IMG/VR virus record: IMGVR_UViG_3300021956_000017
Coordinates: 1-57,617 of that record
DNA length: 57,617 nt
Reading direction: 5' to 3' (one strand)
From: a virus
Lineage: Duplodnaviria; Caudoviricetes
The position numbers and the translations under genes were made by a program. Below, in pieces: positions 37,045-45,821 of this stretch (the stretch's first letter is position 1; every line of letters begins with the position of its first letter). Under the pieces are notes generated by a model. That model was not told the origin of the DNA, did no database searches, and saw only the letters and a program-made list of their open reading frames with translations.

Positions 37045-37875
37045 TTACTCGTACAGGATATTTACTTTACCAGCGTCAAAAGTAACTGTACCAACGCGGG
37101 TCAACCTCACGGCAGTCATAGTCCCCGATAAGGCAATAGCCCCACTCGACCAAGAAGAATTTGTTGTATTGTTATAGCCGTTATATGAAGCAACCCATGT
37201 ATTTGTTGATGCGTCAAAAAGCGTAATCGTCATTACACCTACAAGCGCATTTGTTGCATTCAAACTTTGTAGCACAAACCCGGTTCCCGGTTGATTACTA
37301 CTAGATGTTGGAACAGTTGAAAGACTTTGAGAGCCGCCAGAATACCCAGAAGTTACCCAAGTTGGGGTAGCTCCGTATCCAAGTTGAAAAATTGGTGCAT
37401 CTGTTCCAGTTGTTGAAACACCATTTAACATAACGGTTATGCGCTTCACATAGCTTGGCAGGCTTGTGTACTCTATACTAGTTTGGTTTGTCAGGGTTAC
37501 AGCAGTGCCTGATGCAATCGTCCCACCTTGAATCGTCTTGTTCGTCAGCGTCTGGGTTGCATCAAGCAGCGTTGCTTGGCTTGCTGGGTAGGTTACAAAG
37601 ACATTCTTCGTCCCCGCAGAGAAGTTAACCAAGCTGCCGGAGTTGCTGGAGCCTAAGACTGTAGTGCGGCTGAGAGTGGTTCCCGACGAGGTGTATGTAC
37701 CCAGCCCAACTTCCCACTCGGATGTGCCTTGTCCTGCAATTGTGTAGTAGGTGGTGTTGGCGTTGCCCACTGCGGAGAATGACTGGAAGCCTTGAACCGC
37801 GCCCAAAAGCGTTACCGTACCTGTGCCTGTGGTAGTGGTAGTCTCTTGAACCCGGTCGGCTAAAACAAGCGCCAT
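37045..37875 (-). CDS. tail fibre protein
   Basis: MALVLADRVQET..TGTG, EWEVG.GTY, FSAGTKNVFVTYPA, QTLTNKT, variable C-terminal domain. Confidence 0.75.
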   Translation of the reverse strand: MALVLADRVQETTTTTGTGTVTLLGAVQGFQSFSAVGNANTTYYTIAGQGTSEWEVGLGTYTSSGTTLSRTTVLGSSNSGSLVNFSAGTKNVFVTYPASQATLLDATQTLTNKTIQGGTIASGTAVTLTNQTSIEYTSLPSYVKRITVMLNGVSTTGTDAPIFQLGYGATPTWVTSGYSGGSQSLSTVPTSSSNQPGTGFVLQSLNATNALVGVMTITLFDASTNTWVASYNGYNNTTNSSWSSGAIALSGTMTAVRLTRVGTVTFDAGKVNILYE

Positions 37876-37883
37876 CTACATTC

Positions 37884-39317
37884 CTAAGTAGCGTTATCTA
37901 CCAGCACCCAGCCCGGTGTCTGGTTCGTTCCAATTGTACCCCAGCTAGGTGTTTGCCCAGTGGTAACCGCCGCCCAGCTTGATGCCTGCGCATTGGCTAT
38001 TACTGTCCATGCCACAGTCTGAGCGTCGTTGATATTCTGCCAGTTTGCTGTCTGGCTGTCATCTATTGGTTTCCAATATACCGCAATTACATCTCCGACT
38101 GTGCCACTTGCTGCTACGCCGGTCAATGCAATCGACCTATTCCCAAGTCCAACTGAACCAGCAATTGCAGCCGCAGCCGCGCCCGTCAGGTCAAAGCTGT
38201 AGGAAATCGTAACTGTGCCGGTGCTACCAACAGCCTCCACCCCAGTGAATGGGATAGATAAATATCCAACTTCACCAACAGCCTCTACACCAGTCAAGGT
38301 CAGTTGTTTGGCTACACCAAACGTGTTTACCACGCCGCTTGCCACAACCCCAGTCAAGGCAATCTGGGTCTCTCCGCGAGAAACATCCCCCACCAGTCCG
38401 CTTGCAGCTACGCCAGTCAGAGATACATTCAGCGCAACACTGACGGTTCCTACATTACCGGTGGCGACATCCCCAGTTTCCGCTGCTGAAGAACTTGGTG
38501 TCAGCGCCCCAGTCAGGCCCGAGCCTGCAACACCAGTCAGGGCAATGCTGATAGAGGCAGCGACTGCGCCAACATCCCCGACAGCCGCATCCCCTGTTAC
38601 ATCCTCGGCATTGGAGACCACCACAGAACCAACTGCCCCGCTTGCCTCATTACCTGTCAGAGCAAGCTGAGTTTCACCCCGAGAAACTGTTCCCACAAAA
38701 CCGCTTGCGGCTACACCTGTCAATGCCGCTGAGTTAACAACGCTTACTGACCCTATATCGCCTGTGGCGGCATCGCCGGTAAGTGGGAAAGCTATGCCAA
38801 AAGCTACGCTGCCTACATCGCCAGCGGCTGAAACTCCAGTCAGCGCAACGCTTACCGACAGCCCAACGGTTCCTACGTTACCTGTGGCTACATCACCTGT
38901 TTCTGCATCAGAGTTGCTTGGAACTAGGGAGCCGACATTGCCGGACGCATCGTCAAGGAACGCCCCGCCCCAAGTTGCGTACCCCCAAGCAGGGATGCCC
39001 CAGCCGCCGTTGTTTAGCGCTACGGATGTATTTGGAGAAAGCGTGCCGGAGCCGCCAGTAGAAGCTACGCCCGTAAGAGCGACGGATACCCCTTGGGCTA
39101 CCGACCCAACATTGCCTGTTGCAGAAACGCCGGTAGGTACAAACCCTATATTAAAAGATACAGAACCGACATTACCTGTACCAGACGCGCTGGTAAGGAC
39201 GATAGTCCCGCCCCAAGCGTTATAGCCCCAAGTGGCGTAGCCCCATGTGCCCGGGTTTGGTTCGGACGCGCCCGTTGCACTGAACGGTGCGCCAGATAGT
39301 GGCGCAAACCCGAACAT
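37884..39317 (-). CDS. repetitive virion structural protein
   Basis: Many ~22-aa LTGV.A.G.VG repeats; WG...WG motifs; C-terminal 11-aa Trp periodicity. Confidence 0.75.
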   Translation of the reverse strand: MFGFAPLSGAPFSATGASEPNPGTWGYATWGYNAWGGTIVLTSASGTGNVGSVSFNIGFVPTGVSATGNVGSVAQGVSVALTGVASTGGSGTLSPNTSVALNNGGWGIPAWGYATWGGAFLDDASGNVGSLVPSNSDAETGDVATGNVGTVGLSVSVALTGVSAAGDVGSVAFGIAFPLTGDAATGDIGSVSVVNSAALTGVAASGFVGTVSRGETQLALTGNEASGAVGSVVVSNAEDVTGDAAVGDVGAVAASISIALTGVAGSGLTGALTPSSSAAETGDVATGNVGTVSVALNVSLTGVAASGLVGDVSRGETQIALTGVVASGVVNTFGVAKQLTLTGVEAVGEVGYLSIPFTGVEAVGSTGTVTISYSFDLTGAAAAAIAGSVGLGNRSIALTGVAASGTVGDVIAVYWKPIDDSQTANWQNINDAQTVAWTVIANAQASSWAAVTTGQTPSWGTIGTNQTPGWVLVDNAT

Positions 39318-39330
39318 GCCCTACCTCACT

Positions 39331-39807
39331 TTAGGTAGTGGACAGGCGCAGCAACGCGGTAGTCGTGGTATTGGACGGCATAGTCAGCGTGAAGGTTCCA
39401 GCCGTGATGGTCTGAGAACCGAAGGTATGCACACTAACTGCCTTGTTGCTCTGCGTCGAGTTGTACAGCAGCACCGTATCAAACGCTGTAGTGAGCGTGA
39501 CGTTGGTATAGACAAACGATGCAGAGGGAGTCCAATAAGCCACGCCAGCAGTCGATGAACTGTTGGTTGCTGTAGGCGCGGTAGCGTTGGTCACCGTCAC
39601 GCCACCAGCCGTGTAGTTTGTACCGGTCACTTCACCAGTAGACGAATATGCTGTGGTAGCTGCATTGATGGTAGCCGAAGCAAGATACAGAGCCGCTTTA
39701 AACGTGTCGGCGGCAGTAGTCCCACGGGTAGGAGCCGTGCCGAAGTTATGCGTGGCGGTCAGCAACTCCCCCATGAAGGAGGTGCACATTGATTGGGTAT
39801 TAGCCAT
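39331..39807 (-). CDS. virion structural protein
   Basis: CTSF..ELL, FKAALY, YTAGG..., FGS..TAGTFT..MP. Confidence 0.75.
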   Translation of the reverse strand: MANTQSMCTSFMGELLTATHNFGTAPTRGTTAADTFKAALYLASATINAATTAYSSTGEVTGTNYTAGGVTVTNATAPTATNSSSTAGVAYWTPSASFVYTNVTLTTAFDTVLLYNSTQSNKAVSVHTFGSQTITAGTFTLTMPSNTTTTALLRLSTT

Positions 39808-39816
39808 GATTAGTCC

Positions 39817-40008
39817 TTAAAAAGAAGCTGTTTCCGCGCCCGCATATCCGGGCATTTTCTTCAGCGTTACATGCGCAGACCGGTGAACCAATTCGCCATC
39901 CAGCCAGTACTCAGTCCACGTAGTGAACTCATTCTCGTTGTCCACCTCACCAGAACGTCGCTCAAGCAAGGAATCATCCATCTCGCCTTTGGTTGTAGTG
40001 ACAATCAA
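39817..40008 (-). CDS. small conserved protein
   Basis: TTKGEMD, WTEYWLDGELVHRS. Confidence 0.7.
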   Translation of the reverse strand: MIVTTTKGEMDDSLLERRSGEVDNENEFTTWTEYWLDGELVHRSAHVTLKKMPGYAGAETASF

Positions 40009-40421
40009 TTTGAACTCCTGATAAGTGCGGTGGTGGAAGTGTTGGCAGGCATGGTGATTGTAAAGGTAGTGGTCGAGGTTTTGTCTGCCCCGAAGTCAAT
40101 CACTGCAATGGATTTGTTGCCTTGTGAGGCGTTGTACATCAGAGCACAACGGGCCGTGATTGCTGCCGTCCATGACGTGTTTGCCCAGTTCACATACGCC
40201 GTGTACCCAGAAGAACTGATAGCCACTCCAGTCAGGGTATTCCCGCCAGCCGTGTAGCCAGACGCTACAACCTCACCGGTAGTTGTATATACAGTCGTGT
40301 CCGCGTTTAAATCAGCATTGCCTGTGTATAGCGCAAGCTTGATGGTGTCCGTGGACAGATTGTGGACGGCCTGATACAGCTCCTTCTTGAAGCTGGTGGT
40401 CTGGGTTTGAACGATGCTCAT
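40005..40421 (-). CDS. virion structural protein (paralogue of 39331..39807)
   Basis: TSFK.EL, KLALY, GYTAGG..L, DFGADK; same motif order. Confidence 0.75.
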   Translation of the reverse strand: MSIVQTQTTSFKKELYQAVHNLSTDTIKLALYTGNADLNADTTVYTTTGEVVASGYTAGGNTLTGVAISSSGYTAYVNWANTSWTAAITARCALMYNASQGNKSIAVIDFGADKTSTTTFTITMPANTSTTALIRSSN

Positions 40422-41134
40422 GCAACCCCGCTATTCTGCGGCAAAGGCGCTTGACGATACTGCCCACTACGGTAGGCATCGCTGCGCTCCAGACCATCAC
40501 CCAGACGTTTAGCCAGTCCAAGGGCTTCCTTGTACTTGCCGTCGTACAACGCAATCATGTCGGCCTCACCCTTCATAAAGGTGTATGCCTCTACCAGTGA
40601 GCCGTACAGCAGTACGGTGTCAAAGTTGTCACCCAGCCAAGTTGTAGATGCAGTCACAATGGACTCAGGGTAATAGTAGTAGTGCAGTTCAGCGGAGTAG
40701 GTTGCATCCGGCGTAGGGCCAAGGATGAACGACAGCTCGTTGCTGATGGTTGAGCCTGAGACCGTCGGGCCAAACAAGGCGTAGTACTTTGGTGTTCCCG
40801 TATCGGTCGGCGTTGGGTATGCCTCGCGCATGAAGTTCACATCCTTGTTGAGCAGGAATGTGTACGGGCTAGAACCGGAGTAGATAGCCAAAGAGAATGA
40901 AGACAGAAAGTCATCCGGGCAAGACAAGTACTTATTGCCAGATGTGATTGTCCCCGTCACGTTCTTACGCAACGAGGGGAACTGCACCGAGTTGTAGATG
41001 CGCTGCTCCGCTTGCTCAATGAAGCGGTTAATCTGAGATGTAGACGAGACCGTAGAACCATCCGCGAGCGTAATCGTCGGGAAGTTGTTTTCTGTATAGG
41101 TCTGAATTGATGAGACCAAGGCACTGTAGTCGAT
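40418..41134 (-). CDS. head-tail adaptor / tail tubular protein A-like (start uncertain: ATC 41134 or TTG 41119)
   Basis: FIEQAEQRI, GTPKYY, GPTPD, LLYGSLVEAY.FMK. Confidence 0.75.
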   Translation of the reverse strand: MDYSALVSSIQTYTENNFPTITLADGSTVSSTSQINRFIEQAEQRIYNSVQFPSLRKNVTGTITSGNKYLSCPDDFLSSFSLAIYSGSSPYTFLLNKDVNFMREAYPTPTDTGTPKYYALFGPTVSGSTISNELSFILGPTPDATYSAELHYYYYPESIVTASTTWLGDNFDTVLLYGSLVEAYTFMKGEADMIALYDGKYKEALGLAKRLGDGLERSDAYRSGQYRQAPLPQNSGVA

Positions 41135-41857
41135 TTAAGCCACCATTTCCAAAGTAAACTTGCCAGCTACTTTGCCTTTCTGCTTAACTGCGTTACAAAC
41201 ACTCGTGCGTAGAACACCAAAAAATTCAGCCGCTGCTTTCTGTGACCGGAAAGAACATTGAAGTTCTGGGCAGTATACCGGTTTCCACTTTGCTTGCGCC
41301 GCTAACATGCGCCCAATTGCGGGGTCACGTTTTTGCTTACACGTTTTTATTTTTGGTATCGGTGTTTGTTTTTTAACATGGTCTGCCCAACGGGCAGCAA
41401 TGCCAATAGAAGATACTTTTTTACCCCGTGCCGTAGCTTCCGGCGTTTGGGCAGCACGCTGAATACTCTGTACCGTTTTTGCCCGCCACTCAGGGTTTTC
41501 CCATCTTGCTTTTGCCGCATCTGACCGCTTGCGCCTTGTGGCTTCTGTTACCTCAAAGGGCCGCAGCCCCATGCCTCCCTTGGAGGCGTTGTAACTTGGT
41601 TGTAGCTCTGCAATCACTGCAATTTCTGCGCGGTTCAATGCTTCCGCATCAAAGGCAACAAACACTTCCTCAACCCCAAATGCATCACAGCCAAACTCTA
41701 GCAAGGCATTTTGGAACCTTGCTTTCCTAGCTGTACTGCAAATAGCTGTTCTCCAATGCGCAGCCCATCTTTTTTGCACGGGCTGACGCGTCTGCCCAAC
41801 ATACTGCTCACCAGTATGCTTGTTAGTTGCAACGTAGATTGAGCCGTAACGCATCAT
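41135..41857 (-). mobile_element. GIY-YIG homing endonuclease
   Basis: GSIY...N....YVGQT...RW..H, E..I.....YN..GG, NUMOD3-like basic repeats, C-terminal HTH. Confidence 0.88.
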
Positions 41858-41859
41858 AT

Positions 41860-42105
41860 TTAGGCCATCGGACCCCTTGACATTGTTCCTTTGGTAGCTG
41901 CGCCAGTACCGCGCATTTTGATACCAGTTGTCTTGACCTGTTCGTCACCAGCAGACTTGCTGTATTGACCAACGCTGATGTCAGACGTGTCGAGCTTGCT
42001 GCGGTTGGGCTCTTTCCCGGGGTTGGGCTCAACGCTCACCGTCTTTCCAGACATGGTGTGAGGCTTGGCGTAGGCGGAAGCAGGTTTGTTGTTGATGGTG
42101 GCCAT
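41860..42105 (-). CDS. small basic protein
   Basis: C-terminal GIKMRGTGAATKG..SRGPMA. Confidence 0.7.
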   Translation of the reverse strand: MATINNKPASAYAKPHTMSGKTVSVEPNPGKEPNRSKLDTSDISVGQYSKSAGDEQVKTTGIKMRGTGAATKGTMSRGPMA

Positions 42106-42108
42106 GAT

Positions 42109-42282
42109 TCACCCCGTTTTCTGGTTGGCTGCACGGGACAGGTTGCGACCAACGCGCATCCGGTCTTCGGAGGTTGGACCGCCTTTTTTCATGCCCTTGG
42201 CATGCATACGCGACTCGTGACCCTTGACCATCTTCTTGGCCTCGGTGTCGGCAATGCGTTTAACTGTCTTTGTATCCATCAT
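42109..42282 (-). CDS. small basic protein (57 aa, not in ORF track)
   Basis: Hand translation MMDTKTVKRIAD...HESRMHAKGMKKGGPTSEDRMRVGRNLSRAANQKTG; AGGAG SD. Confidence 0.7.
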   Translation of the reverse strand: MMDTKTVKRIADTEAKKMVKGHESRMHAKGMKKGGPTSEDRMRVGRNLSRAANQKTG

Positions 42283-42288
42283 GGACTC

Positions 42289-42678
42289 CTATGAAACCGT
42301 TACTGTTACTGTGCCAACACTTGTGGTTCCGACCAAGTAATTGGGGGTCAAACCTATGTCTGTACTGCCTGCTCCGCCAACCGGATTCCAGCCCCACTGA
42401 ATATCTCTACTACCGCCACTATTGTAGCCGTCAGGCATAGGCCCTGCGGTGTAATACGTGGTATCTCTACGTGGATTGCGTAGGGCTTGAGGGTCATCGA
42501 CTGGATACATACCAAGCTGCAACTGGGGTTGGTCAGGGTCCCAGCAGCTTTTGCAGACCAACAGGTTGTATGTCTTGGTCTTGATGATTTCGCGTTTCAG
42601 CTCAACGAGCTTGAACTGCTGTCCGCATCTGTCGCAGATAGCAATCGCTTTCTTGCCGGATGCGAATCTGTTTGCCAT
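42289..42678 (-). CDS. zinc-finger-like conserved late protein
   Basis: ASGKKA.AICDRCG, VCKSCWDPD.PQL, DPQALRNPR. Confidence 0.8.
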   Translation of the reverse strand: MANRFASGKKAIAICDRCGQQFKLVELKREIIKTKTYNLLVCKSCWDPDQPQLQLGMYPVDDPQALRNPRRDTTYYTAGPMPDGYNSGGSRDIQWGWNPVGGAGSTDIGLTPNYLVGTTSVGTVTVTVS

Positions 42679-43595
42679 TAGATGTACGTCTGACGCGGCA
42701 CAAACCGCAGCGCTGCTGTTTCACGGTCTTCGGAGGAGGCCAGCTCCCATGCTTCGTCGTATTGGGCTTTAAGCACGTCCAGCCGCACCATTGCGTTGGG
42801 AACCTTGAGTGCCAAATAGTAGGCCAGCCCCGCCACCAAACAGTTCAAGAAGCGAAAAGGTACGTCCATCGTGTTCACACCGCCGCCAGCATCGTCAATA
42901 CGGCGCATGCGCCAGTACACAAGGGTGTAGGTCTGGGAGTTGTCCGGTGTAGGCCACACGGTCACGCAGGGAAGGTTCTGTGTGTAGACCGAATCCCCGG
43001 CAACATGGACTGCTGCGGTAGTTCCGTTCTGCGCACGCACGCAGTTGTATAGGGTATTCCCTGTGACGTATCCGTAGTAGATGGTCTCTGTGCCAATCAA
43101 AATGAATCCCGCAGAAGCCAAGTTGGCTGCGGAGGTCACTGTAAGGGTTGTGTCAGTCGAGGTGATGCTGGCACTCAGCGTAGTGATTGCCGCCGTGGTG
43201 GAGCCGTCCAACCGCTGGAACCACAACTGAATGGGCCGGGCTTGCTGCAACTTGTTGGGGATGGTGGCGTAGGTCGAAACGCTGATGCGCGTGATAGTCA
43301 GGTCTGCTTGCGTTGCCACGCTGCCTTCCCCTGTACGAATGACATGTTCCAAGAGGTCAACGGTATCAAGCGGCACGGGGTACGTAGGAACGCCGGGAAC
43401 CAAAGTGATAGAGCCTTGCTCAAACGTCCACATGTTTACACCGCGATTTGCCCAATCAGCAAACAGCAAGTTCAACGAACGCCGCGCTGTCTTTAGGTCG
43501 TAGCCGGTGCGCAACTCAGAACCCGTGCGCTCATACGCCTCCTCAACGATTTCCGTCAAGTCAAGGTTGAACGTAGCGCTTCCTGAAGTTGCCAT
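42678..43595 (-). CDS. head-tail connector / adaptor protein
   Basis: MATSG..TF.LD..EIVEEAYER, ARRSLNLL..WANRG.N.W, VWPTPD, PFRF...LVAGLAYY. Confidence 0.75.
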   Translation of the reverse strand: MATSGSATFNLDLTEIVEEAYERTGSELRTGYDLKTARRSLNLLFADWANRGVNMWTFEQGSITLVPGVPTYPVPLDTVDLLEHVIRTGEGSVATQADLTITRISVSTYATIPNKLQQARPIQLWFQRLDGSTTAAITTLSASITSTDTTLTVTSAANLASAGFILIGTETIYYGYVTGNTLYNCVRAQNGTTAAVHVAGDSVYTQNLPCVTVWPTPDNSQTYTLVYWRMRRIDDAGGGVNTMDVPFRFLNCLVAGLAYYLALKVPNAMVRLDVLKAQYDEAWELASSEDRETAALRFVPRQTYI

Positions 43596-43828
43596 TATCT
43601 AAAACCTGCTGTTTTCTTTGCGATGCTTTTTGGCTGGGCTACAAACTGTTTGCCTGCTGCTTTACCTGCCCGTTTGGCTTTGGTAGTTGCAGCGTACTCG
43701 GATGGGGACAAGGACTTGATGGCAGCTTCAGGGAGGTATCGCTCACCTGTTTTTGACGACGGCTTTCCCGACTTGGTACGCCACTTCTGGTCGCCCCAAT
43801 CTTTCAGGGATTGTTGCGGTGCTTTCAA
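43595..43828 (-). CDS. DUF5872-like protein, C-terminal part
   Basis: QQSLKDW..QKWRTK, ERYLP..A..SLS..EY.AT..KR...KQFV. Confidence 0.7.
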   Translation of the reverse strand: MKAPQQSLKDWGDQKWRTKSGKPSSKTGERYLPEAAIKSLSPSEYAATTKAKRAGKAAGKQFVAQPKSIAKKTAGFR

Positions 43829-44100
43829 TCCTTGTACCCTCCGCCCGCAGCCTTGTACTTCTTGGCTACAAGCTGCGCTTTACGTGCTGACCATTGGCCT
43901 GCACCTGTGCCCTGTGTGGCCGCAGCCTTGACTTGGGACAGGATGCGTTTACGCAGACTCGGCTTGGTGTAGTTTCCCGCAGCATTGACCTTGCCGCCTT
44001 CCGCGTACTGCGTGAAGTCGGTGTCATCCCGACGCGCTTTCTTCTTCGCGCCGGGCATCTTGGCTGGGTTAACGGCTCCCATGCCGCGAGAGGACATCAC
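43825..44100 (-). CDS. DUF5872-like protein, N-terminal part
   Basis: YTKPSLRKRI, GQWSARKAQLVAKKYKAAGGGY. Confidence 0.7.
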   Translation of the reverse strand: MMSSRGMGAVNPAKMPGAKKKARRDDTDFTQYAEGGKVNAAGNYTKPSLRKRILSQVKAAATQGTGAGQWSARKAQLVAKKYKAAGGGYKD

Positions 44101-44975
44101 AGGTATTTACCCCGAGTTCTGCCGCGCTGCGCAATGCCGTCACCGCGACTTGCACCGCTGGGCTTGGACATTTTGGAAGACGCCAGACCGCCGGATGCCA
44201 TCTTGACTACACCCCCTTTGGCACGCCGTCCGCCGGAGGCACGCAGTGTATCCAACCGAGCTTGCTCTGCACGCTGTTGTGCAAGGTACGCGGCTTGATT
44301 AGCGCGAGATGTAACGGCCAATGCGTCCGTTTTACGGGCACTGGGGCTTGCGGCTGCCGCCATTCTGTCCGCTTGCATTGCGGGATTAACTGCCCTAGTG
44401 TAATCGCCCAAAGCTGCACTGCTTGGTGTATTTGCTGTACTGGCGCGGTTGTAGTCGTTTGCCGAAGCTACGTATCCGGGCGGGGTAAACGCTCTTGTTG
44501 TAGGAACGGCTTCATCCGCCTGTCCTGCTGTAGTGAAAGCGCCCATTGAACTTTGAACGCCGGGAGGGGTAAAGGCCCGTGTTTTGGGAACGGAAACGAC
44601 TTCGGCCGCAGCGGGGGCCGCAGCCGCAGCAGGAGTTTTTGAATTTGCACCTGCGGCTTTCAGCTTTTGGTATCCATCAATTGCCGCAGTTTGGCGACCG
44701 CCTTGCCCAACATCGCTAGGCCGCATACCGCCAGACCCTTTGGGGCCGTATTCCGCTTCAAGTTCAGCCGTGCGGTCAACCCTATCCCGCGCATACCGAG
44801 GAACCTCAACTTCATCGGGCTCGGGACGCGTGGCACGTTCGTACGCGCCTTGGTTGGTCATGTCCAAGCCTTCGCCCATTTTTTTCTTGGGCTCGTTCTT
44901 TTCGCTGTACTTGTCGTACGCGTACTTGCCCGCGATGCCGAGGGCTGCAAGGGCAGCTAGGTCTCGTGCTTTCAT
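44097..44975 (-). CDS. low-complexity protein with AxGG motifs and basic C-terminus
   Basis: Duplicated VP.TRAFTPPG; RAKGGVVKMASGG; SRGDGIAQRGRTRG. Confidence 0.7.
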   Translation of the reverse strand: MKARDLAALAALGIAGKYAYDKYSEKNEPKKKMGEGLDMTNQGAYERATRPEPDEVEVPRYARDRVDRTAELEAEYGPKGSGGMRPSDVGQGGRQTAAIDGYQKLKAAGANSKTPAAAAAPAAAEVVSVPKTRAFTPPGVQSSMGAFTTAGQADEAVPTTRAFTPPGYVASANDYNRASTANTPSSAALGDYTRAVNPAMQADRMAAAASPSARKTDALAVTSRANQAAYLAQQRAEQARLDTLRASGGRRAKGGVVKMASGGLASSKMSKPSGASRGDGIAQRGRTRGKYL

Positions 44976-44985
44976 GGATTACTCC

Positions 44986-45381
44986 TTAGCAGGCCATGCC
45001 GCCTTTGTTCATTTTGACTTGGGTAGCTTTGGTCTTGCCGCGGGAAGCAACACCGTCAGCCGCACGGACGTATCCGCCGGTAGCCATCTTGGTCATACCG
45101 CCTTTTTTCTTCATCATCATTTGCTTTTTGTCCAATGCCATGTCCGCTTTGGAGCCCTCTTTCATGCCCTTCTTCTCTACGTCCTTGCCGGATTTTTCAA
45201 ATTTAGCAAATGGGTTCACACCTTTTGTAGCCATCTCACCACCTCGTTTAAAAGTTTTGCCTTTGTCGGCCTTGCTGAAATCCTTGCCCACAGACTGTGG
45301 GACTCCTGCCTTCTTGGCAAACGATGGGCTGTGCGCCACCGCTTCCATGAAATTGTGCTGTTTCTTACTTGTGCTCGGCAT
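44986..45381 (-). CDS. Lys/Met-rich basic protein
   Basis: MPSTSKKQHNFMEAVAH; several xKxGG/MATGG; ADGVASRGKTK. Confidence 0.75.
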   Translation of the reverse strand: MPSTSKKQHNFMEAVAHSPSFAKKAGVPQSVGKDFSKADKGKTFKRGGEMATKGVNPFAKFEKSGKDVEKKGMKEGSKADMALDKKQMMMKKKGGMTKMATGGYVRAADGVASRGKTKATQVKMNKGGMAC

Positions 45382-45574
45382 CGTCGTCTTTCTTCTTCCA
45401 CTTGATGACCTCGGCAAACGATTTGCCCGTGGCCATCTCGACAATGCGCATCACACCAACGATAGCTCCGATAAGACCAAACACAGGTGAGACCCATTCC
45501 AAAAATGCGCCGATGGTTGAAAAAACGGCAGCGACATCAAGGATGTCTTTGACGGTGTCGTGATGTTCAGTCAT
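45365..45574 (-). CDS. small membrane protein
   Basis: Two short hydrophobic segments. Confidence 0.6.
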   Translation of the reverse strand: MTEHHDTVKDILDVAAVFSTIGAFLEWVSPVFGLIGAIVGVMRIVEMATGKSFAEVIKWKKKDDDAEHK

Positions 45575-45575
45575 A

Positions 45576-45821
45576 TCAGCAGTTCCACGCTTTCAGCGAT
45601 TTATTGATACGGGAATTTGGGTCTTTCGCGGTCTTCTCGCTGGTCAGCTTCTTCTTCATCCCTTCCATACGAGCGCAGAAGGAGTCGCGCCTGCTGCCGC
45701 CTTCGGGCTGGGGAGGTTTCAAGTTCATGCCTTGCTTTTTCGCGGAGGCCCGACCCTTGGCGTTGAGGCCACCATTGGGATTCTTGCCTTCTTTGCGAGT
45801 CCATGCTGGAGACTTAGCCAT
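45576..45821 (-). CDS. DUF6321-like basic protein
   Basis: AWTRKEGK.P.GGLNAKGRAS, RRDSFCARM, SRINKSL..W.C. Confidence 0.75.
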   Translation of the reverse strand: MAKSPAWTRKEGKNPNGGLNAKGRASAKKQGMNLKPPQPEGGSRRDSFCARMEGMKKKLTSEKTAKDPNSRINKSLKAWNC

